Assembly: GCA_010093705.1 (NCBI GenBank)
Contig: MU006097.1
Location: 1,092,715-1,156,714, forward strand
From: Patellaria atrata CBS 101060
Lineage: Eukaryota
DNA length: 64,000 nucleotides
Reading direction: 5' to 3'
A program made the position numbers and the translations under genes. This document shows, piece by piece, positions 12,032 through 25,045 of the stretch. A model generated the notes under the pieces. The model worked only from the letters and a program-made list of their open reading frames with translations, had not been told where the DNA came from and did no database searches. Every line of letters starts with the position of its first letter. Within the stretch, counting starts at the first letter, position 1.

Positions 12032-13977
12032 ATCTGCGAATTTCCCAAATAAATGATAAAGGATAAATCTCCACTACTACAGAAACTTGCATTTATATGA
12101 TCATTCCCGGTCCCTCGCAGGTGTACTTTGAACGGAGCAATATCAGGACAGAAAGTGAACGACCAATCGGGCGTGATCTAGTAGCAATCTCCAACTGTGC
12201 TGACAAGCGTTGCATACAGAATGGTTCATTATATACCTCACCTCGAGCGTTACCTCTCATGATTTACAGTTTGAAACCGGATGATTTAACGGTCAAAGTG
12301 TTTGTTGTCGAGGTTAGGTTTCATTACAAAAGCGGGATCCGGTTATATAGCTGCTTCCCCTGGTGCGGAAGCTAACCAACATAAGTAAGAATAAGTTCTA
12401 GTTCGCCTGAATTCTGAAAGATCCTAGACCTCTCATACTCGTAGAACTTGAACTTACACAAATTACGCTCGAAGGACCCGATTCCGCACCAAGGGCCTCC
12501 CGGAGAGCATTAACTTTTTGGTCAAGCCGCACTAAATCCAGGTTAATCGATCTAATGGACAATGGCCATACTGAATGGTCGGGGTGAGTCTTCCGGATAG
12601 ACCCCAGACAGATAGGAGTATACGACAAGATATAAAAAGTGAGCATCTGGAAGACTGATAGGCGGACTGAAGCTAAGCACTGTTGGGATTTTACATTTAA
12701 ACCAACGTTCTGATAGAATGACTTCTTTATACGAGCGACTGGATATATACTTATTATGAAATCGCCTTGATGTACGAATCGGCTCGATGTTTGCAGCGGA
12801 AAAAATAAGCAACTAGATGCGAATGTTTAATTGCCAATGGTTACACGACATTATTCTGGTATTTGTCCGATTCGAGGGTGATTTTCCAAAGGATCCTTCA
12901 ATAGCCAAGTGAGAAAAGATATCCGAGCGAGGTTGGTGGGTCGAAGTTTACCGCACATTCAGGAGACGAGAATCCAATTTTCAAATCATTATCCCTCCTC
13001 CCGCGTTTGGGCATCTTGGTGAGGCTCTGTATTCAAGTTATAGATGTCTAGGGTAGGGACAAGAGATCTGCATTAGGGCTACGGGAAGGATGCGCGAAAG
13101 ACAAATCATAGAAGGATTACTTACAAAAAGACTCCTAAAGTTCATATTTGAACTGCTTCGGCTCTTGATATAGGGGAATCCCTACGGTACGGTCATGAGT
13201 TTTGAGACACTCCAGTATGATAAATTGAGGTTGATGATCCGGTCAGGACTAGCTCTTGACCTATATCTGCATAACGCCAGTTCCAGAACTAGATCTGAGG
13301 TTAGTCCTAAAATATACGGACTAACGACCGTGCATTTGAATCTTTATCGGTACGTCGATGACATCGTCGTACTTTTGTAATTACGCCTCAACGTTATCAA
13401 CGTGGTGTTAATTCTTGAATACTGCTGTGATGTCAGATAGAACTAACCAACAATTGTAGGTTATCCATCTTCTCATATTCAGCAGTTATATTTTAGCGGT
13501 AGCGAATGTAACGTTACTTGAAGTCCATTGTTGACAGCTTTGCCAATGGCAAACACGACATCGTCTTCATGCAAAACCGTGTCCACTGGAGTGATGGCGA
13601 GTGGCAAACCTGAAGAGGAAGTTGTCTGCAACTAGACATATATATCTACCGTTATCGCAAGCAACAGCATACTTTCTAGCTTGAGATTGTTAGGTGTTCA
13701 TAAGTTAACTCAGAGCCAGAGCCAGATCCCTTACTTCAACTGTTACTGCTAACAGTGCTCTTAATCTACAAACAAATCAAAGGTAAGCAGAACTATAAGA
13801 TGTCTCGACATCTGTGCAAGTTTTCTTCCAGATTCATATATCGATATGAAAGGCGCAGCTCACTATTTCTCTTGTCATAGAACGACATCATTCCGAGGAT
13901 CCAGGATCTCCCGAGATCTAGAAGAATTTCAAAGTACTCAAAGTACTCTATCGACTATTAGCGAGAGAGACGCCAAA

Positions 13978-15762
13978 ATGATCGATCGCATACTACGAAA
14001 AGGTAGTAGACCGCATGTATGCATCGTAGGAGCTGGAGTTGCGGGCCTCCGTTGTGCGGACGTGTTGTTGCAACACGATGTCAAAGTGACGATATTCGAA
14101 GCAAGAAATCGAGTTGGCGGAAGAGTGAGTTTTCTCTATGTTAGGAACTAATGCTGTACCGCTAATAAGATAGTTATACCAAGGAAAAGTAGGAAAGCAT
14201 TTAGTAGATCTGTACGTTGAGTCCACTCTTTGCAAGACCATCCAAGCTGATATACTAAAAATGAGACTTTAGCGGCCCTAACTGGATACATGGAACCCAT
14301 CATAACCCCATCCTTGACCTAGTCAAAGAGACGGATACATCAACTCATAGCTGGGATTACGCCGAAGCAGTTTTTAATCGTATGGGCAGCCTCATCCCCG
14401 ATAAGCGTGCCACAGAACTGAATGAAGTGCTCTGGGAAATTATCGGTGAAGCTTTCAAATATAGCAATAAGAATTCCATATCTATACCAGTGGGCCAGAG
14501 TTTGAAAGAATTCATCGAAGAGAAATTACTCGAGAGATACCCGGATTCGGACACCCGGATTGATAATGCCGCAGAAACTCGAGCAATACTTATGGATATG
14601 GCAAAATGGTGGGGAAGCTTTGTGGGCAGCCCATTCGAGAAACAAAGCCTCAAATTCTTCTGGCTAGAGGAAACTATCGATGGAGAAAATCTTTTCATAC
14701 CTGGGACATATGAAAAAGTACTCACAAAGATTGCGAAACCTGCGATAGAAAAGGCGTTGCTAAAGTTTGATAGTAAAGTATCGAAGATAACATCAAACAA
14801 TGGAGAAAACGATACTTGTATAAAGGTAAAGACAGTTAATGGTCAGATCAAAGAGTTTGATGAGGTTGTTGTGACAACACCTTTAGGTTATCTTCAGAAG
14901 AATAAGACTCTCTTCGACCCACCATTGCCAAAGGACCTGCAAGAATCGATAGATGCTCCACATTATGGTGCTCTTGATAAGGTATGTCCTCTTATGCTGT
15001 ACCGAAGAATCTCTTCTAATACCTTAGGTTTACGTTACCTTCAAATCGGCATTTTGGAATACTGCGGGTTTATATTCGCATACCAATGGTAGTGAACTTA
15101 CATCTACCCTTGTACAGCACGCCGTACCTAACCTGACGGCTACAACAACCCAAATTCATACTGTACCTGAAAAACTTAAAGAGAACTCCGCTGAGAGCTG
15201 GCCTGGATTTACTCATTGGCTGACGCCTGAATACGCCCTCCCGACGAACCCTCATCACTGGAACCAGGAAAGCGTGAACATGGCTTCTTTCACGAACGGG
15301 CTTGGCCACCCAACCCTCCTCTTTTACATCCACGAGCCCTGCTCACGCTGGCTTGCAGAGAAGTTGAAGTCAGATCCAGCCGGACAGCAAAAGTTCCTGG
15401 AATCGTTCTTCAAGCCATACTACTCCTTACTTCCGGGATACGATGAGAGTTCTACCGACTGCCAACCGTTGGACTTCCTGGCAACACAGTGGGCCACGGA
15501 TGAGTTGGCGGGAGAGGGTAGCTATATGAACTTCCAGATTGGAGTGGAGGCCGCAGATAAGGATATTGAGAGGATGAGATACGGGATGCCAGAACGCGGA
15601 ATTTGGTTAGCTGGAGAGCACACTTCGCCTTTCGTGGCGGTTGGGACGTTGACTGGAGCGTATTGGTCTGGTGAAGGTGTTGCGAAGAGAATACTAAGTG
15701 CTTATGGAATCACCAGCGATGAGGATTCGGAGAGTAGTATGGAGAACACACCGAAGCTGTGA
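13978..15762 (+). CDS. Flavin-containing amine oxidase (polyamine oxidase/FMS1-like), multi-exon
   Basis: [15 protein letters not shown]...[13 protein letters not shown]-binding motif, GPNWIHGT exon, [12 protein letters not shown] and [23 protein letters not shown]. An in-frame upstream ATG at 13846 is an alternative start. Confidence 0.92.
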
Positions 15763-16956
15763 GCAAACAATAAAAAGAGGATCAAATCTAATGCCCGCTA
15801 CGATTTTGGATACGAAGAAGCTTAGGGGCCAAGGGTAGGTAAGGTTTGTGTATACAATACAATGGACGATTCCCCATTCCAGGTTATACCTTATCATTGC
15901 CCCTTCCCGAAGTGGAAAGATATATCTTACCTGTTATGGGTCATTTGTCTGAGGGATTAACAACATTCTTTAGTAGTCTTCTTAAGTATCATCGAATCCA
16001 GATGATTTCATACCTTAAGTTTTTGTAGCTATACTTTTCCTCTCTTCTGTTCTCTTATGATCGTCTCGTTGTTGACTATTGTCAGTTGTGAAGACGCCGC
16101 TCTCCCGTTTCCCCGACTTCGCTGAGCTCTCCATTCCGCGCTAAAGCATCTCCTGCCGTATATGGAGAGAACAACAGATACCCAGGCTGACAAACTCAAC
16201 ATCAACCTAACTGGAATACCGTCAAGTAGAAGTACTATAATGTACCTCCTATTTCTTTAACTTTCCAATGACACTTCGACAGTATGTCACCTTACACCAA
16301 GGACATCAAACGAGGTCTCGTTAACCTCCAGAAGATACCGTACGGAAGATACGGCACACCTTGAACACTAACGTCTCATATTAACAGCCATGGAAAGCTC
16401 GTCTCTCTATCCGACCTTTCCCTTAAGCTTCTCGACACGCACATGGAGGGCAAGCCTTCTCCACGTTTTCCGGATCTTTGCTACCCGCGCCCAGCAGTGG
16501 AGTCGCTTATCTCGTTCGAGGGTTATCGTGTCGACCTGCCATTTGCTCGACTCTATCCTCGAACAGCCCGTACTGTATACGGTTGCAACGCTATCACACT
16601 TTCACAATCAGTTGTACGGGGTACAGTACGACTCGAAGTCCACGCGCAGCGTACAGCACGGTAGGTTTAGTAACCTCCCTTGTACCCGTATGCCGTGAAC
16701 CGAAGCTGGATGCTTCTCCACATCTCGCATACGCACCCGCGTGCCGTGCTACTAGACCGGTATTGTATTCTCGCGAGCTTCTCCGGCACCTCCATGGTAT
16801 CTGGAACAAGACGGCGACCTGCCTAGCACGACCCACACGAGCTTCTTGCTGGGACTCGATCCGGTTTGCGAGGTCAACTTTCGGTCGAGGTTCCACAGCG
16901 GGCAGGATACTAAGGTAGCTTGGCTGCCCTTTTTCGCGATCGCATGCGGGTATTTC

Positions 16957-16989
16957 TAAGGTAAGGTAAGGTAAGGTAAGGTAAGGTAA
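16957..16989 (+). repeat. (GTAAG)n pentanucleotide microsatellite, about 6.5 units
   Basis: taag gtaaggtaaggtaaggtaaggtaaggtaa read directly. Confidence 0.95.
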
Positions 16990-19554
16990 ATTCACCTACC
17001 TACTTGTATCACCAATGGGTCAGTTCCTGTGCGTACCACCTCACCACCCTCTACGTCTGCAGCTTGTCAGCTTGTATACTGTCGCACCCAAAACATGCAG
17101 CCAACCGTAAAAAGGATTCCACGGCAGAGAACCTAAGAAAAAAAAAATGGCCCAAGCGTCTCAGCCGCCCCGCGCCAGTGCCGGCTTCCGTAGCGATATC
17201 TAATCTCTTGGCCCTCGCCTCCCTGCAGCTCAAAACCCCGCCACTGACGTACCCCTACCTCCGTCAGAGAAAGATTTGGCCGCAATGCAGGTGTGGTGCC
17301 ATCTTCCGTCAACCACCTCACCTAGCTCGTTCCCTTTTCCTTCCTGCGCCATGCGGGAAGGAGAGATCTCCACTTCCTTTCGCTTTCTAAGGTTGTACGT
17401 GATGGGGGATGGCATTGGTGACGACTGTTCGCGATATGGTTGGTTGAGATTGTTGATCTGGTTGAGGGTCGGGGTGGAGGGGGGGAGAGAACGGCTCTCT
17501 CACCTCAAGATGGAGGAGACTGCGGTGGGGTATCAGGGTCTTTGATAATTTTTGGTTCATCGCGACGACGTATCACTTTCCTTGAATGACACTGACGAGT
17601 AAGTACTGAGGAGTACCCGACGTGACGATGAGGTGTTGAAAGACGAGTGAAGTCAGCACAGCCTCGAACACTAAAGGTACTAATAGAAAATCCCATAACC
17701 AGAAGCACAGCATCCATGATAATCGTCCCCCGTTTCAGCCTTTTGCAGAGCAGACCCATTCCATTGTTGGATTCCCAGTAGTGACTCCCGTCCGTACCTT
17801 AAGAGATATCTGCAAGTTGATATTCTAACAATACCCCGACTCGACAATGATTGATCGAAGAGATCAACGCGCACGTTCTCCCTCCTACAATCCTACTCGC
17901 GCGGAGATCACGGCGGTGGTGGAGAGGGATCCGAAGTCTGTTGTGGATCCATTCCCCTCCGCCTTCGATTCTACTGTTTTTGCCTGTGATATTATCATAA
18001 CGTGCCGACCGTAATGGAACGCGGTATGCTGCTGGACTACCTTATGCTGTGCTGTGGTGTATCATAATCTAGCATACTACTGTACTGTACTCTACCGTGC
18101 TGAGAATGGGACTGAGAGAGAGACTGCGCAGATACCGAAAGCCGTCGGGTGCTATACATCGCCCCCCAATAATTTGATGCAAAACCTCACAAACCGTACC
18201 CAAACCGATCAGGTAGAGACTAGAGAGTACCTTAAGATAGTGTAGGAAAATAGGAAAGTATCCAGCACGGTAAGGTACACAAAGATACTGCACCCTCCCA
18301 ATGCATCGCCAAAGGTACCCAATCAATCCCCAACGAAGACTCGAAACCGACCTTTCGAGCCTCCTGCAGCGGCAGAAAAGCTGTCGTGTAACAAGCCAAG
18401 GGACGGCGGCATGGGGGAAAGCGGGTGAGTGCGGGATCTGCGATTGCGGGTCGGATGTGCTTGGTCGGGTCTGTCTGGGGGAGATAAGGGGGAAAGGGCT
18501 GGGAATCGATGTGAAGAGTTATTTCTTTCGGGGGAGATGGGACAATGGGGCAGAGGGAGTTGTACTTGGTCTCCTAGTAATTTGGCAGGTACGGTAAGCA
18601 CCTTAGACAGTCGAATTGCGGTGGACGTGATATCCGGACGCCACTACGTCGCTTGAAAGGGGGATGATGAATATGTGAGTCTTGATACACCAATAGCCTT
18701 GTGGCTTCCTTGTGATTCATCTACATAATATGTAGCGATACAAAACCCCCTAAAATACCGAGAATTGAGAAATAAACGAGGAATGAAGATGTAAAAAAAA
18801 AAAGAACTGGCTGCTTTGGGGCCGTTGAGAACGCTCTACTCGGTCTCGAACGATCCAGCACTTGGATTCGTGAGACATGAAATAACGATGGAAAGATTCT
18901 GCCATGGCGAGAAGGTTGGGACATGATGCGGGAAATAATCAAAGCGAGTGTTAGGAATACAGGGTTATGAAGGGGGTTACAGGACCGGCCATTCAGAAAT
19001 GAAGTCTTCTAATGAGCCGTTCTTTCTAGTGGTATATCTTAGTTTGTTCGTTCTGATACTGGCCTGACAATGTATGAGAAAAGAAAAAGAGTACAATGAC
19101 GGAAGAACAACTTCCCAAACTAAGATGTTACATTCCTTCCTATGAAAGCTAAGTAACTTTTAGTAGGTTCACAGTTGACGAAAGAAATGTCATCGGTTCA
19201 TGTTTTGGTTCGCGCGGTGAAGAATCAGGTATTGGGTATCTTATGCTGGTGTTTTCGTTTCTCGCTGTGTATATGTGGCGGCCGTTAGATGTGTTGCTAA
19301 ATCGTCGTCTCTGGGTACTATTATGTTGCGTTGCGCCGGCGCGAGTTGACACGATCCAGACTGTTCTTCCTTGCCATGATGTAGAACACTGAAATATGAC
19401 TCTTTAAGGAAATCCAAAACACAACCAGTACTCCAGCCAATGCAGATGATGATTCATGTATCGCCCTTTCCGGTGCATAATTTTTCGATCATTTTCTCAA
19501 TTCCCATCTAATCTCTTCACCCTCATCGTCCACTTGTTGAAACCAGGAGGTAAG

Positions 19555-20121
19555 TTAAGAGCCTCCCACAGAGGTCGACGTCGACGTCCGCGACATTTCT
19601 CCTCTCCTCTTAGCTTCCTCGCGGATTAGCTTCTCGATCAGGTCTCCCTGCGTTGGTTGGCCCGCGCGAGCTGCTCCCGCTATGAGATAACCACCCTGCT
19701 GAGCTTCAAGCTCCAAGGGGGTGACTGGACCAGGACTACCCATCGGAATGAGACGCGGACTAGTTGGCTTGGGACCTCCAGCCTGCTTGGCGGAAGGTGA
19801 TCTCTGGTGTCCTGCGGCGAGAAGCTCTCGTTGGTAGAAATAGAGCTGTCGCTGCGCTTCTGAGTACTGACGCTGCTGGGAACGAGGAGACATGGGTGGT
19901 TGCGGGCTATTGATACCGGAGACAGGAGTATTGGCGGCGGAGGGACTCTGAGATGGAAAATTTGCCGGGTGGAACCTTGGAAGAGACGGCAAACGGAGTG
20001 GTTCGTTGGAGGATGTTGCATGAGGAGTTGGTCGAGGGCGCTTAGCTGGTACGCCTAGAGAGTCCATACGGTTGTAACGAGGTGATGGTGGTTGAAGGTG
20101 TGCTGAGGTACGAGGAGACAT
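19555..20121 (-). CDS. Conserved-looking Pro/Ser/Gln-rich fungal hypothetical protein (188 aa)
   Basis: Single ORF with ATG in ACAATG context. Motifs LPSLPRFHPANF and KPTSPRLIPMGSPGPVTPLELE resemble a Pezizomycotina family I recall. Confidence 0.8.
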   Translation of the reverse strand: MSPRTSAHLQPPSPRYNRMDSLGVPAKRPRPTPHATSSNEPLRLPSLPRFHPANFPSQSPSAANTPVSGINSPQPPMSPRSQQRQYSEAQRQLYFYQRELLAAGHQRSPSAKQAGGPKPTSPRLIPMGSPGPVTPLELEAQQGGYLIAGAARAGQPTQGDLIEKLIREEAKRRGEMSRTSTSTSVGGS

Positions 20122-22222
20122 TGTTGCTTAGTTTGGTTGGGGACGAGAATGAGGTTGGGATTTGAGGTTGAGGATGAAGTAGAGGGGAAAGTTCAGATAT
20201 TGACCACGGGTGGTTATGACTGGAGATATATCCGAGCCCTCGAGTCGCGAGCGAGTGCGGCGTGATTAGGTGAGTGGAAACAAAAATAAGGCAGAAGCTA
20301 ACGTGATGTTGTACCTGAGGCCGCCTTGGGACTTTTTATGTCTCGGAAGAGAGTCGAAGCGAGAAAGTCATGTACGGTAGACAGTTAAAGTGGTGGGGTG
20401 GATCCTAATTTATCTAGTAGCGGGAGACGGGAGTGATAGACGTCTTGCAGGATATTCCACCACGGTACGGTAAGGCCTTGAAGTCTTGAAACGTTCTCGT
20501 TTACAGTGCGAAAACGCGAAGGGAAATTGAGAAGAATTTGGAAGGGCAACCGGAATGTTTAAAGCAGGCGTTGCAGGGTGGTGGGATGTATGTATAAGTT
20601 GGTATAGGACGGTTGGTGGGGAATGATTCGATTGGCAAACTACACGAGTACCTAGGTTGACTTGCAAGTTTGACGATTTTGGGTAATGCCTTTTGATGAT
20701 CTCAAGCGCTTACCGCAGAAGCCGCAAGATCCGGAAATGGTAAGAAAACCTGTAAGTAATAAGGATAGTGGAGTGTGGACAGGTACGAGATTCTAAGATA
20801 TGGCGCGAAACCCTTTTGATTAAAGGGTTTTGTTGGCAGTGGTCGGGTGGAAAAGTGTGGAAAAGGGTAGTTATAGAAGTACTTGTGACTACGATTAGTG
20901 TTTGCTCAGTTGGTAACTGGAAAACGATTTTGTCAGATCCAATTTGGCCTAGAACTTACCACTGTGACGGGAGTGATAGTAATGCGATCTGTGATTGATG
21001 AGAAAAACACGGCCGGTACTTCTTTCCTCCCTCTAGAAATACAGAGGTTTGAAGTGCCTGATTTAGCGGTCGTGGCGGGGTAGTAACAGCCCAGGTACCT
21101 CTCGTTTGCTTATAGACGGTGGGTCGAGACTGGATATATCGGAACGATAGGATGTCCAAGGCACATTCAGGGTTTATCGGATGGAAGAGTTTATCGGATG
21201 GAAGAGTAGTGATGGATGTTAACGTAAGGGCAACGAGCAACCAAAGAACTCTACGGAGACACGGGAGGTACTACCAAATAATGACATCTTGAGAGTACCT
21301 TACAGTAACAGCACGTAGCTTCGCTTCTTTCCCCCTTTGTCCAACCAGAACGGGCATGGGAAGACTTGGGATTCTAGATTTTGCGTTATAGTAGAACGAA
21401 TATAAGAATAAAACGATTCATTTAAACAACACATCACTGCCATATGCAATATGAGATAGAAATTTCTACCAACGTGACCCATCATCCAGCTCGTCGCGCT
21501 TCGTCTCCCATCCAACCAGCCCCTCCGAAGCGTGATGGGATTTACAACCAGAAGGAACAGAACAACCCACTTCAAAACTTAAACTTGTTTCTCATTGGTT
21601 TGGTATCTTTACCGATCACGTGTTGGTTTGCAAAACACCTTTAGCGATGACGCCGAACAAGCCGGGTCTTGGCGGTGTTACGGTCAGTTGCTCCTGCTTT
21701 CTTTGACCTTTGGACATGAAATGTCAAAAGCGTACAAGTCCCTTGACCCCCCTGATGGTCCGATTATTCTAAGAAAAGGTCCGGTGTGATGCGCATATAG
21801 CATATCCATGATGAGATCATACCCTCAAGAATCGCCATCCTTTTCAATTTCCGTGAACTCCAGTATTCTTTTTTCTTGCGCAAGATTCCCAATCACACGA
21901 TCCATGACGATTGCTGTACATTAGGCCCAAATCTCATAATTCATCACTTCCGACGCTTGAGCAAGGACCAGCCATCAATTGTGGTTATTGGGATATTATT
22001 GAGATGCAGCAGTCATTTTAGGGAAATATTCTCCGTTGAACCCCTCCAGAACCGAATTCCCAGCTCTGTGGGGAAAGGAATCTGAAAGGGGTCTTTTTTG
22101 GGGTGATACAACCTTATCGTTCTACCTTAATGCTTTGCAAAGCAGCTCAACATGCCCGTTCCTAGCATACCTTAACATTCACCAACTCCTTTAGCTTTTC
22201 ATCTTTCTATTGTGTAATCCCA

Positions 22223-23717
22223 TTACCGTGCGCCGAGCTTCTCCAATGCTCTCGTCCCTTGCTCCTCCCATTCCTGCTTCGATATCCACATGTTGTCCTT
22301 GTCCGCCATCTAGCAATTTCATGATCAGCGCTCCGGGTTCGGAAATGGCGGTCTGCGACTTGAACTTACAATATTTGCCAAGACAGCTCCACCAAGGAAC
22401 ACCATATGTCGTCTTCGAGGGGGATCTTCAATTCGGACTTTGAATTTCTGCAATGATGGTGTGAGCGCCTGATGTGCGTGTAACGTCGCGGATACTTACA
22501 TTGAGTCGCTCTGGGTTCCCTTGCAAGACCTTCGTCAACCATAACTGCTTCAACTCTTTTTCTAAACGACTGGGAAGGCCAGGATACATGCTGCTACCTC
22601 CGCTGAGCACTATTGCTTTGTACAAACTGCTCCTAACGTCAACGTCTGCGGATTGGATCGTGTTGAACAGGAACTCGGCGATTCCGGGTTGCTCAACATC
22701 CACGAGATGTGGTTGGAATAGACATTCTGGCGCCTCGAATCTTTCACTACCCACGCGGATAACTCTTCCATCGGGTAAAGTGTATGATTCGACCAGGACC
22801 GTCGTATCTTCACTGAGACGTTGATCTAGTTCGAGATCGTAAGAAACATAGCATAGCTTTTCTTTAATCTGTCGGACAGTCTCAAAGTCTGCGGTTCGGT
22901 TGAGAGCGTAGCCCCTTCGCAGTAATAGTGCAATGAGATTCTTGGTAACGTCTCGGCCAGCAACATCCAGTCGTCGTGTGAGGTGGTTTAGGACGGTGCT
23001 CTCGTAGACGGGAACGATATGTGTAACACCATCGCCAGAATCAACCACCACCCCAGAAGATAGACCTTGTGCATATAGTGCCAACACCGCTTGGATAGCG
23101 ACGTATACACCGCCGAAGTTATATCGCTCAAACATGACCTCACACATCTGCTCTCGATTTTTAAGCGGGTTCATCGGAGGTTCTGTTAAGAGGATTTTAC
23201 GGCCAGTCGGGTCTATTTTCATCTTTTCTGCGAATGTGTAGTCCCATAGATGTTGCATGTCATCCCACCGCTTTACTATGCCGTTCTCCATCTACACCCA
23301 TGAACAAGTCAGCCTGCCGTTGTGGATAACTTCGGGTTGTATGTGACGATAATTGCCAACCGTGTAGTGGATGATAGTCGTACAGGATATGTGATTTGAA
23401 GCATTGAACGCGCCGCTGCCGCCTCGTCGCCGCACATTATGTCTTTTACCACGATATCTCCATCTCGTTCCTCGGATCGCAGGATCGGTCGCCCGACGAT
23501 TGAAGGGTACTGGTGATCTGGAAAGTTCTATTAAGTCTATTAGACATTCATATAGTCGAGGAAAGCGTAATGTGATATGCTGATCTCGTACCTGTCCGGC
23601 ATATCCTGCCTTCAGGAACCCAGTGCCTCCGTCGAGGACTGTGAGCAAGCGGAGGTTAGCAATTCAGATGTGACTTTACGCATTGGTTTCAGATTTACCT
23701 ATTGGAACTTCCGCCAT
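22223..23717 (-). CDS. ARP2: Actin-related protein 2 (Arp2/3 complex subunit)
   Basis: [22 protein letters not shown] start, [44 protein letters not shown] and end [16 protein letters not shown]. Several canonical introns. Confidence 0.97.
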
Positions 23718-24331
23718 CTTTTGGGGGGGAAAGAGGTTAAGAGGGAAGGGAGAACCTAAGTGTAAGTATTTTGAAACGGTCAACCGTCTACCTTAGCTAC
23801 CTATTTTGGCGGGGTGTACGTGAGCGTCGTGAGCAACGTCCAGCCATTTCGGCGGGCAATTTAATCCGCTCCTCTTCAGCCTCCGAGACATCTGAACCTC
23901 AACTTTTCTCCAATGTATCCTTCCCCTGTCACAATGGCATTCTTCCCTCTCTGTACGGTTCATGAAGTACTACTGAGATGCTGTTTGGCTTTTGAATACA
24001 GAAATATCTCCACTATGGCTACTGTCAAGTCTTTTACGACTGCGAGGCCTTCAGACGTCTTGACTTTCCTGTATAGTACCGTTAAGTATACGTTAGGGGA
24101 CTGCTTGTACAGTAGCTGCTTTACTATCCATACTTGATTTCTACGTCTTACAATTCCCGGTATAATTCGTTCTTTCTATACAGTGAGGTTAAAGATAGCT
24201 TAATAAAGTAACCCACAGTAGGCGAGAAATCCCCTAAACAGGAAAAGGGTCCCTGCTATTATCACTTCATTATTCATATATTGCAGTCTGTTACGCGTAT
24301 TTCATTGATAGCCTTACATAAAGAGCTGATG

Positions 24332-25045
24332 CTATTGACGTTCTGTATAATATACACTCAATCTCTTAAATATGGAATTGCCTATGATCCAAATATACAA
24401 TATCCAACCCCACACGTCTTCCTCCTCCTGGCCGTCAGGGGTTAGGTCTTTCGGCACCTCCAAGTACTCATTCTCGAGTTCGTACCATCCTTCCAGAGGC
24501 ATGTCCTCATCAAAGTGCTCCTCGAATTTAGAAACATAGGGTTGGAACTTCGGAATATCCTCAATATGTCCAACCCCTTTCTTTGAAACCATATCGTTAT
24601 TCTCAGTACTTTCTCCGGATTGTGTAGCTTGCTCGGTCGTATCGACCACGTCATTGTCGTCGGCGTGGTGGAGACGGTACAGCTGGTACAGGTCGTACAT
24701 GGTGATGAAAGATAGTACGGAAAGGGAGAGGGAAATAGCGGAGATGAGGATGATGAGGAGAATTTGCCAGAATATGTCGCTGGAGACGCACCAAAATATG
24801 GGATTTTCCACCGAGCCAACTTCAGCCCGTAGGCGTGGACCTTGTGCTGCGTCCCACTTTATGAGAGGTTCTTTGGTCGGCGTACTGGTATGGATTGGGT
24901 ACCCAGTACGGTCGATCGCTTCCTCGAGGCTCATCTTGGTACAGCACTGATCTTGAACGCGACAGGTGGTGCCGTGAGTTTGGGCTTGGACAGCGAAAAA
25001 GATTGATATGGTTAGAAGAACGACAAAGGCCACTGCGAGCTTCAT
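24332..25045 (-). CDS. Orphan-like membrane protein: signal peptide, Cys-containing ectodomain, transmembrane helix, acidic tail (237 aa)
   Basis: ATG at 25045 (MKLAVAFVVLLTISIFFAVQAQ) lies within the 331-aa ORF. Hydrophobic segment IFWQILLIILISAISLSLSVLSFITMY, then a D/E-rich C-terminal half. Confidence 0.6.
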   Translation of the reverse strand: MKLAVAFVVLLTISIFFAVQAQTHGTTCRVQDQCCTKMSLEEAIDRTGYPIHTSTPTKEPLIKWDAAQGPRLRAEVGSVENPIFWCVSSDIFWQILLIILISAISLSLSVLSFITMYDLYQLYRLHHADDNDVVDTTEQATQSGESTENNDMVSKKGVGHIEDIPKFQPYVSKFEEHFDEDMPLEGWYELENEYLEVPKDLTPDGQEEEDVWGWILYIWIIGNSIFKRLSVYYTERQ

